Below are positions 8,612 to 14,878 of a stretch of DNA of 64,000 nt, piece after piece. The notes under the pieces are model-generated. The model saw nothing but the letters and a program-made list of their open reading frames with translations. It was not told the origin of the DNA and did no database searches. Position 1 is the stretch's first letter. Each line of letters begins with the position of its first letter. The translations under genes were made by a program, and so were the position numbers. The DNA is from a virus: IMG/VR virus record IMGVR_UViG_3300047546_002006, positions 1-64,000 of that record. One strand, 5' to 3'.

Positions 8612-9074
8612 GGAGTTCTTTGGGTTGTGTGTTAGCAGTAGTACGGGCGCTCCTGCGGGTACGGCTTGGCGTATCCGTTGGAGAAGGTAACAGACCATGC
8701 GTCCCAACCGAGGTTGTCACGCTGTGGTCCGTAGGTTTCTGTTGCTTCTGCTTCAAGCTTGATTGCTTCACGGATGGCTTGCTTCTTGGAGAAGACACAG
8801 ACCGTTTTGACGGGCCATCCTTGCTGGTAGTACCAACCTCCTTCTTCTGGTCCACCGTACCTGCTGTCGCATTCGTAGACACAAATGGTGGTTGGTTCTT
8901 GGTCTTCAAAGGTACAGTGCAGGTTGTACCTTGAGATCCAACGGCGGGCTGGTGCAGTGTCAATAGACATTTGATGAAATCTCCAATGAGTGTGATTGTG
9001 ATGCTGATGCAGACAATGCATAGGATGATTGGATCTTCATCCCATACATTCTTGGTTTCAGTCATGGTAGTCAT
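8580..9074 (-). CDS. possible overprinted membrane-anchored protein
   Basis: hydrophobic N-terminus fills 8970-9058 gap; basic low-complexity tail overlaps 8632-8970. Confidence 0.4.
   Translation of the reverse strand: MTTMTETKNVWDEDPIILCIVCISITITLIGDFIKCLLTLHQPAVGSQGTTCTVPLKTKNQPPFVSTNATAGTVDQKKEVGTTSKDGPSKRSVSSPRSKPSVKQSSLKQKQQKPTDHSVTTSVGTHGLLPSPTDTPSRTRRSARTTANTQPKELRAKPTGFAQA
8632..8970 (-). CDS. hypothetical protein
   Basis: VYECDSRYGGPEEGGWYY..YPQERPYYC. Confidence 0.75.
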   Translation of the reverse strand: MSIDTAPARRWISRYNLHCTFEDQEPTTICVYECDSRYGGPEEGGWYYQQGWPVKTVCVFSKKQAIREAIKLEAEATETYGPQRDNLGWDAWSVTFSNGYAKPYPQERPYYC

Positions 9075-9261
9075 GAGCATACCTCTCGTTGTAGTGGTCA
9101 CATGCGTAGCGTTCTTCATTTGATATCTCATCATTGAAGACGCCTGTCCAACCGTCTTGTTCTGCCTCACGCATGGCTTCTTCTAATTCGTATACACGAT
9201 CAGCCATGGCATCGAGGTAATTAGCATTGCGTTGTTCGTCAATGAAGTCAGAGTCTCTCAT
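9058..9261 (-). CDS. hypothetical acidic protein
   Basis: CAACTCAACC-ATG leader. Confidence 0.7.
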   Translation of the reverse strand: MRDSDFIDEQRNANYLDAMADRVYELEEAMREAEQDGWTGVFNDEISNEERYACDHYNERYAHDYHD

Positions 9262-9281
9262 GGTTGAGTTGCAATGGTGTA

Positions 9282-9310
9282 GTCTGCGTTTATAGGATGC
9301 GCAGCCCCCT
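9282..9310 (-). ncRNA. pseudoknot leader element, divergent copy
   Basis: AGGG-gg-CTGCG-ca-TCCT-ataaa-CGCAG. Confidence 0.4.
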
Positions 9311-9342
9311 GATAATATAAATAATTATTGGTTAACAAATAA

Positions 9343-9906
9343 ATGCCTGTGCCAGTTACTAAATTTCAAGATTTGCTAAATGCGTTTACCAAAAATCCTG
9401 AATACTTTACGCCTGGTTACACACAGGGATCTCCATTGTATAAAGGTGCACCTGGTCAGATGTTGAACGCATTTAAGTCCTTTGTCCCCGGACAAGGCGG
9501 CATGTTAACACGCGCAGATGAAACAGGTATGTTTGGCATTTCGCCTTTGAGTGGACAAATGACATTAAAATCTAGTACCGGCTGGGGCTTTAATGCTAAT
9601 CCTGTAACTAAATCAATAGGGTTTGATAAAGGTAGTTTTGCAGTTGGCGGTTCTTTCAATAAGTATTCACCTAGTGCATACATAAATTATGGTCCAGTTA
9701 ATATACAAGGTTCTTTAGGCTTTGATCCAAGTATTCAAATGAATATTAATACTAATGCCAGTAAAGACTTTATTGAACCAACAATGATGCAAGAGTTTCT
9801 TGCTGGTGATACAGTGCCACAACAATCAGATCCAACTGCAAGAGAAGAGTTGGAACAACAAATTAATCAATATCGCAATTCAAATCCAACCTGGTACAGA
9901 CCATAG
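9343..9906 (+). CDS. hypothetical protein, opposite strand to the early operon
   Basis: 187-aa ORF with AT-rich leader. Confidence 0.7.
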   Translation: MPVPVTKFQDLLNAFTKNPEYFTPGYTQGSPLYKGAPGQMLNAFKSFVPGQGGMLTRADETGMFGISPLSGQMTLKSSTGWGFNANPVTKSIGFDKGSFAVGGSFNKYSPSAYINYGPVNIQGSLGFDPSIQMNINTNASKDFIEPTMMQEFLAGDTVPQQSDPTAREELEQQINQYRNSNPTWYRP

Positions 9907-10058
9907 GATTGATTGCAACGATAAATCTGTTGTTGTTGTGTGCAATAATAAATACCATTTTGGGATTGATAAAGAAAATGCATGCCATCACTTAATATGA
10001 TTCCACCAACACCAAGGTATTGCTGTAAGCATGCAAATGTTGTGCAAATAAAGTTCAT
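9867..10058 (-). CDS. hypothetical protein
   Basis: start trimmed to MNFICT after pseudoknot. Confidence 0.5.
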   Translation of the reverse strand: MNFICTTFACLQQYLGVGGIILSDGMHFLYQSQNGIYYCTQQQQIYRCNQSYGLYQVGFELRY

Positions 10059-10079
10059 AGTTAGACCAAATAAAAACAA

Positions 10080-10108
10080 TGAGCAGTTTAACGTCATACT
10101 CAGGACGG
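10080..10108 (-). ncRNA. H-type pseudoknot leader element, copy 2
   Basis: single difference from copy 1 turns C-G into U-G in stem 2. Confidence 0.65.
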
Positions 10109-10157
10109 CAATAGTACCACCCCAGAAAAGGGTGGTATCACTCCATGAAGGGGTAGT

Positions 10158-10595
10158 TCATACAGTGATGTGACGCCAGGCAATGCCACGTGCAATGTTG
10201 CCAATGGCACAGCCTGTCACACTGTATGCTTTACCGATCTCTTCATATGCTTTCGTCTTACTTGAATACTTACTCATGATGTCTGGATCGTTGACCATCA
10301 TCTTGATGTCACGAACATCAGACGGAGTAAGTTTTGGTGTGTAGCCAGTGTAACGAACATGTGTAGTACCCACTCCACCCACAGGCTTAAGCCTGGGTCC
10401 ATCTCCAGTTACTTGCTTTGTCACCACTGCAGCCGGTGCTGCTGGTGGCGTAATGGAGAGGGGAGTGGTTTTAAGTGGGAACCCAAGTGTCACTGATGTG
10501 CCGTCTTTGACAACGGAGATCGTGACCTTGCCATCACGCGTGATGACAGATACGTGATCTGGGTGTTGAACGTCGAGTTGGCTGAGTGCTTCCAT
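10158..10595 (-). CDS. C-terminal HTH DNA-binding protein
   Basis: KLTPSDVRDIK..EIGKAYSVTGCAIGNIARGIAWRHI. Confidence 0.7.
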   Translation of the reverse strand: MEALSQLDVQHPDHVSVITRDGKVTISVVKDGTSVTLGFPLKTTPLSITPPAAPAAVVTKQVTGDGPRLKPVGGVGTTHVRYTGYTPKLTPSDVRDIKMMVNDPDIMSKYSSKTKAYEEIGKAYSVTGCAIGNIARGIAWRHITV

Positions 10596-10692
10596 TGAGA
10601 TGAGATGGTCTGAGTTGATGGATGCAAAGCAAGAATAGCTGGTACGTACAAGGATGCAAGTACCAGCCGTAGCGTTTGGCTGACGTAGGACA

Positions 10693-10920
10693 CTAGCCGT
10701 GTGGTATGAAGTCAGAGTCGTTGAGGAGCTGATGAACTGACAAGCAGTCTTCAGCAATCTCCTCCTTGCTACAACCAACCCAGTCGTCAGTCTGGTCCTC
10801 AATCACCTCGCAGCCAATGTCTTCGAGTTGATCTGAGAACTTAGACCATGTTGGTGCGTTGCCCCAGACATGGGCATAACGACCGGATGCGTCAGCGACT
10901 AACGCGATGTAGTTGTTCAT
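10693..10920 (-). CDS. hypothetical protein
   Basis: start trimmed to MNNYIAL. Confidence 0.7.
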   Translation of the reverse strand: MNNYIALVADASGRYAHVWGNAPTWSKFSDQLEDIGCEVIEDQTDDWVGCSKEEIAEDCLSVHQLLNDSDFIPHG

Positions 10921-11098
10921 GGTCAGGTGAGGATTGAGGTGATGTGATATCAATGCCAAGCATGGCACCGATAGTGATTGAACTGATGGCAATGGCAATG
11001 ACACCAATGAATAGATTCCACCGTCGAGTCTTATGAGACTCACCGTAAGAATCAAGGTGCATGAACCTGCCCTTGCCAAGAGGAACGATGTGTTTCAT
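10892..11098 (-). CDS. small membrane protein
   Basis: MKHIVPLG..LFIGVIAIAISSITIGAMLGI. Confidence 0.6.
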   Translation of the reverse strand: MKHIVPLGKGRFMHLDSYGESHKTRRWNLFIGVIAIAISSITIGAMLGIDITSPQSSPDHEQLHRVSR

Positions 11099-11099
11099 A

Positions 11100-11363
11100 T
11101 CAGAGTGTGTTGAGAATGTATCGAACGCAGACCAAAGGTTCTGGTTCGTAGTTCGGGGGCAGTTCTTCATAACAGAACCATTGCCCCTTGATGTCAATGT
11201 CCATGCATTCTGTAAACGATGCTAAATGAAAAGCATTTGGACCCTTGGTGCACCAAACGATATAAATAACGTTAGGTTCACACAATAAATAATAATCATC
11301 TTCCTTAATGTTGAACCGCTTGAGTGCGTCTTGTATCTCTTGATGATCTGTTGTCAATGCCAT
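11100..11363 (-). CDS. hypothetical protein, paralog of 11443-11805
   Basis: DHQEI..FNIKEDDYY..IKGQW..RY. Confidence 0.7.
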   Translation of the reverse strand: MALTTDHQEIQDALKRFNIKEDDYYLLCEPNVIYIVWCTKGPNAFHLASFTECMDIDIKGQWFCYEELPPNYEPEPLVCVRYILNTL

Positions 11364-11387
11364 GGTTGAGTTGAGATGTTGGGTGGA

Positions 11388-11445
11388 TGCAGGATGTTGA
11401 GTCCTGCAGAAACCCATCATTGCTGATGGGAATGTGCAGAAATCA
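11388..11445 (-). ncRNA. family A bistable intergenic element
   Basis: TGATTTCTGCA..hairpin..TGCAGGACTCAacaTCCTGCA. Confidence 0.7.
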
Positions 11446-11805
11446 GCTAAACGGACCTTCAGGATCACCAATAGAACCTGTTCCAGTGCCATCAATAAAA
11501 TAACGGCATTTAACGTGCTTCTGTCTTTTCAGCCAATCAATAATTTCTTGATAAATCAAAAAATCTGATTCGTCATAATCCATATGACACCACTTGCCTT
11601 TAATCTCTAAATAAACATTGTCAATTTCACAAGGTAAATCTTGGTAATAATTAAAAACGTCTGGTTGTCCAATCCAATACATATGTGCTGAAATCTGTTT
11701 GCCAGAATTTTCAGTCTTCACAGCAAAATAAACATCATCAATAGTGATGTTCATAATTTCAAAAACCCGTTTAATGTCTTGATAATCAAAAGTAAGTTCC
11801 ATCAT
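11443..11805 (-). CDS. hypothetical protein, paralog of 11100-11363
   Basis: DYQDI..MNITIDDVY..IKGKW..RY. Confidence 0.7.
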   Translation of the reverse strand: MMELTFDYQDIKRVFEIMNITIDDVYFAVKTENSGKQISAHMYWIGQPDVFNYYQDLPCEIDNVYLEIKGKWCHMDYDESDFLIYQEIIDWLKRQKHVKCRYFIDGTGTGSIGDPEGPFS

Positions 11806-11829
11806 GGTGTAGATAATTAAGTAATGACA

Positions 11830-11890
11830 GCAGGATATTGAGTCCTGCAAGAAAGGCCCTGGTAACCCAAGGCCCTTGATGCAGAAGTCA
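11830..11890 (-). ncRNA. family A bistable intergenic element
   Basis: TGACTTCTGCA..hairpin..TGCAGGACTCAataTCCTGC. Confidence 0.7.
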
Positions 11891-12289
11891 GAATGGAATT
11901 TCTTCCAGTGTGGGCACAGCTGGTGCTGATGCCATAGCCACTGGTATTGCAGAAGCAGGAGGCAGATATTGCGGTGCGGCACCAATGATAGCCCTCACAT
12001 TCGTGAGGTTGATCTGTGGGTAACGCAATGCAATAAGCTGACCATCCTTGATGTAATGGCTGCGGATCGTATTGATACGAACCTCCCACTGCGTGAGGAT
12101 AAGTTCTTGTCCTACGACCAGGGTGCCATTACGAAATGCTGTAAGCAAACCATTGGCATTATTGAATTTGATGCGGCAACCATTACCAGACTTGTCGTTG
12201 ACAGCCATGGTAACTGCAAGGAACTCGCTACCTTCATGGGTAGCAACTTCCAAGTAGCAGATGTTGCCGACAATCGCTTGAGTAAACAT
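11888..12289 (-). CDS. ssb: single-stranded DNA-binding protein (OB fold)
   Basis: IVGNI, VTMAVN, Pro/Ala linker, C-terminal EEIPF (SSB-Ct). Confidence 0.7.
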   Translation of the reverse strand: MFTQAIVGNICYLEVATHEGSEFLAVTMAVNDKSGNGCRIKFNNANGLLTAFRNGTLVVGQELILTQWEVRINTIRSHYIKDGQLIALRYPQINLTNVRAIIGAAPQYLPPASAIPVAMASAPAVPTLEEIPF

Positions 12290-12312
12290 GTTAGTAATGA
12301 GTTGAATTGAGG

Positions 12313-12391
12313 TACAGGATATTGAGTCCTGCAGAAAACCCACCGTCCGATACGAATTCGTATCAAACGGAAGGGTTAAGTGCAAGAGTCA
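12313..12391 (-). ncRNA. family A bistable intergenic element with 16-bp palindrome in apical stem
   Basis: TGACTCTTGCA..GATACGAATTCGTATC..TGCAGGACTCAataTCCTGTA. Confidence 0.7.
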
Positions 12392-12628
12392 GTCTGCGTT
12401 ACGGTACTCCCACTTGAGTAGTTCTCGGTTGAGATCTACCTTCCGTTGGAGCACCACGCAGAATGGCATCAGGTCTTGAAACTCACGCATGCCGTCCTGC
12501 CATTGGAAGAACAAGTCGAGTGCAGCTTGACGCTGGCTCTCAAGTTCTGTGTCAATGACAGGGGCATCCCTCCTGGCAAGCAGGCGGGCATCTTGCGTGA
12601 GCAGATATTCAACAGCTTTAGGAGTCAT
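12389..12628 (-). CDS. hypothetical protein
   Basis: ORF between two family A elements. Confidence 0.75.
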   Translation of the reverse strand: MTPKAVEYLLTQDARLLARRDAPVIDTELESQRQAALDLFFQWQDGMREFQDLMPFCVVLQRKVDLNRELLKWEYRNAD

Positions 12629-12665
12629 GGTTGATTCCAGTTGGTGTGAATTGAGCTGAGTTTGA

Positions 12666-12717
12666 TGCAGACTTGAGGTCTGCAGAGAAGGCCCGTAGGC
12701 CCTCAGTGCAAACGTCA
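12666..12717 (-). ncRNA. family A bistable intergenic element
   Basis: TGACGTTTGCA..hairpin..TGCAGACCTCAaGTCTGCA. Confidence 0.7.
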
Positions 12718-12903
12718 GATATTAATCTTGGGTGTAATAACGAATGCCATATCGTTCGGCATGACGAGTGCCGCTGCCCGAACCCTGAGTTCGTTCAGCT
12801 TCTCGGATGCCTGTGCCTTGGTAGGCACCTTGGCATTCTCTACTGCCGATGCGGCAAGCCGCATGATATTGGCAGTGTTCTTCCTGATGTTGAGTGCAGT
12901 CAT
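12715..12903 (-). CDS. hypothetical protein
   Basis: start trimmed to MTALNI. Confidence 0.7.
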   Translation of the reverse strand: MTALNIRKNTANIMRLAASAVENAKVPTKAQASEKLNELRVRAAALVMPNDMAFVITPKINI

Positions 12904-12926
12904 AGTATGGTGTTGAGTTGAGTAAA

Positions 12927-12984
12927 TGCCACGGGATTGTGGCAATAGTTGTGTGGGGGATTCGATCCCCCGGCTCACGCCTGG
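12927..12984 (-). ncRNA. family B T-loop/TATTGCC element
   Basis: GGC-GTGA-GCC, GGGGGA-TCGAA-TCCCCC, ACTATT-GCCAC..GTGGC. Confidence 0.55.
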
Positions 12985-13179
12985 TCAAATGACCATCACA
13001 ACATCGTCGGCTTCCATCATCTCCTGGAAGGACATGATCTGCACGTCATGCGTGCCTTGGATGCCGTCGTTAAGTTCAGGTGAGTTGAGTTCGAAGTCGT
13101 ATTGTGCAGCTTCGATAAGCGCTTCTTCCCAAAGGAAGGAAACGCCATGCTGCACACCATTGATCACGATGTAATACAT
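12985..13179 (-). CDS. hypothetical protein
   Basis: start trimmed to MYYIVI. Confidence 0.7.
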   Translation of the reverse strand: MYYIVINGVQHGVSFLWEEALIEAAQYDFELNSPELNDGIQGTHDVQIMSFQEMMEADDVVMVI

Positions 13180-13200
13180 GAGTCGAGTTGTAAGTTGAAC

Positions 13201-13257
13201 GCAGACTTGAGGTCTGCAGTAACCCCTGGCTTTCACCAGGGGAAAGTGCAAACGTCA
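13201..13257 (-). ncRNA. family A bistable intergenic element
   Basis: TGACGTTTGCA..CCCCTGG/CCAGGGG..TGCAGACCTCAaGTCTGC. Confidence 0.7.
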
Positions 13258-13440
13258 GTTAGTCTTGTAACCATTATCTGCACACCAGTCCATATGGATC
13301 TGATGCGCAGCTTTAGGCCATGCGTGATCACGGCATTGCTTGGCAGCAGCTTGGTCCAGCATGTGTGCACCAATCTGGCTAGCAATGCCTGCACCGATGG
13401 CAGTAACAATGACAAGGATAAAGAACTGATTCTTGGTCAT
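13255..13440 (-). CDS. small membrane-anchored protein
   Basis: N-terminal TM; QCRDHAWP..HMDWCADNGY. Confidence 0.7.
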   Translation of the reverse strand: MTKNQFFILVIVTAIGAGIASQIGAHMLDQAAAKQCRDHAWPKAAHQIHMDWCADNGYKTN

Positions 13441-13458
13441 AAGTTGAGTTGAATGTAA

Positions 13459-13521
13459 GCCACACTCAGTGTGTGGCAATAACTGGGCCAGGGTTTGCAC
13501 CTGGCCTCCCGCTTTAACGGA
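13459..13521 (-). ncRNA. family B T-loop/TATTGCC element
   Basis: GGCCAGG-TGCAAAC-CCTGGCC-cagttatt-GCCACAC..GTGTGGC. Confidence 0.6.
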
Positions 13522-13767
13522 TCAGCTTGCAAGCTTCAGCACCTGAATGCTGAAATTAGGAAACAGATGAAGGCGATAATCGCAGTCACGCTTACCGCAC
13601 TCACATGGATTGGAATCCCAATCCTCCTGTTCCTTAACAATGGCTTCTGCTTTAAGCAATGCCATTGCATTCTCCGCACTCTGACGAGTGGGATAAAGAG
13701 TGTCCTGGTGAATCCAACGATAATAAGAATCGTCTGGAGTAGAAACCTGGACGGCAAAGAGTTCCAC
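13522..13767 (-). CDS. hypothetical protein
   Basis: GTG start with AGGAG SD; CECxxxxC. Confidence 0.7.
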   Translation of the reverse strand: MELFAVQVSTPDDSYYRWIHQDTLYPTRQSAENAMALLKAEAIVKEQEDWDSNPCECGKRDCDYRLHLFPNFSIQVLKLAS

Positions 13768-13788
13768 AAGGAATCTCCTGTTGTGCGG

Positions 13789-13851
13789 TGCCTATCTCCG
13801 CTGGAGGCAATAACCAGAGCCAGGCATTGCACCTGGCATGGGAGCTATCAC
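13789..13851 (-). ncRNA. family B T-loop/TATTGCC element
   Basis: GCCAGG-TGCAATG-CCTGGC-tctggttatt-GCCT..AGGC. Confidence 0.6.
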
Positions 13852-14031
13852 TCACCTGGCCTGGAGTTGACGCACGAACTTGCGTGCGTTCTCCACTGAC
13901 ATTGTGGTACTGCAGTCATAACCCCTCTGGCCCTTGCGGACCAGCTTGGTGATGCGTGCCATACCTACTTCCTTGTTAACAACAAAGCAGTACGTGGCCT
14001 GCTTGGTTGCAACAGTGCAGAAAATGTCCAT
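13852..14031 (-). CDS. first gene of early operon, hypothetical (59 aa, not in ORF track)
   Basis: MDIFCTVATKQATY...RQLQAR; CA-rich leader. Confidence 0.65.
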   Translation of the reverse strand: MDIFCTVATKQATYCFVVNKEVGMARITKLVRKGQRGYDCSTTMSVENARKFVRQLQAR

Positions 14032-14060
14032 GATGAATCGAATGCGATGGAGTTGAATGC

Positions 14061-14086
14061 GCTACGTTTAACGCCCAGCTTGGCGT
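14061..14086 (-). ncRNA. pseudoknot leader element, covarying copy
   Basis: ACGCC-aaGCTG-GGCGT-taaacg-TAGC. Confidence 0.45.
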
Positions 14087-14126
14087 GATTAATCCCGAGT
14101 TGTCAGGTCGGAATTAACAAACTGTA

Positions 14127-14135
14127 ATTATGGCA
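14127..14135 (-). promoter_or_regulatory. candidate extended -10 early promoter
   Basis: TG-c-CATAAT about 40 nt upstream of the first pseudoknot. Confidence 0.35.
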
Positions 14136-14185
14136 ACTGTTCTGTATGAACAAACGTGCGGCGTGGGGCGCGACACTCCCATGTG

Positions 14186-14205
14186 CGATACGAATTCGTA
14201 TCAAA
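14186..14205. repeat. 20-bp exact repeat of 12348-12367 containing a perfect 16-bp palindrome
   Basis: cGATACGAATTCGTATCaaa. Confidence 0.9.
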
Positions 14206-14493
14206 AAACAGTATAAAAGTAGGTAGAAGTACCTAAAATCCTCACTAAATTGTCGCTCGCTCCTCCGGGCGAACGCAGTGAGCATTCCTTAGCCTTCTCT
14301 TAACGAACGAAGTGAGTTCTAACCCCCACTTACTCTTACCCATCACACATTTCTTTTTTTCTTCCCACATTTCGTGTCGCGTAGGTGTGTGGAGAAGCCC
14401 CAGAAATTTTATTTTCCTTTTTAGGCCCTATACGAGGGCCGGTTTTTAGCAAAAAGTGTCGGCATATCAAGGGTTTTGCCCTAATTTTTAGAC

Positions 14494-14519
14494 AAAAAAG
14501 CCAGGATTTTACTCCTGGC
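14494..14519 (-). terminator. intrinsic terminator
   Basis: GCCAGGA-gtaaaa-TCCTGGC-TTTTTT downstream of 14545-14757. Confidence 0.8.
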
Positions 14520-14544
14520 GGTAATTTAAATTGTTTTTATGTAA

Positions 14545-14757
14545 TTAATTTTTATTTGCATCTGCCCATTTCATGGCAGCAGTAGCAGCTTTTGCCCTGC
14601 TATCTAAATCAGGACGTTCTTTAGACAGCTCTTCCTTGGCACCAATAATAAAATTGGTGACTTCTAGATTATTTGCGCCTGCTTTTTCCATTTGTTCTGC
14701 GGAATCAGCAATTGCGTGTAAAGCAAGACCGCGCTCCATGCGATTACGTGGGTGCAT
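14545..14757 (-). CDS. hypothetical protein
   Basis: 70-aa ORF followed by terminator. Confidence 0.65.
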   Translation of the reverse strand: MHPRNRMERGLALHAIADSAEQMEKAGANNLEVTNFIIGAKEELSKERPDLDSRAKAATAAMKWADANKN

Positions 14758-14878
14758 TGTCCTTTTTTTTGCGTAAACAACTTGTTTTCAATAAAGATAG
14801 TCTATAGCATGGCGTTTTTTCTTTATTTATCCACAGTAGAATTCAACTATTAATGAATACGTAAATAAAAGGTATCTA

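Noticed and set aside
11388-13257. Hammerhead ribozymes (CTGA start)
   Set aside because: No CUGANGA or correctly placed GAAA core
11388-13851. CRISPR array or mini-array
   Set aside because: Repeats are separated by whole genes and vary internally; no cas genes
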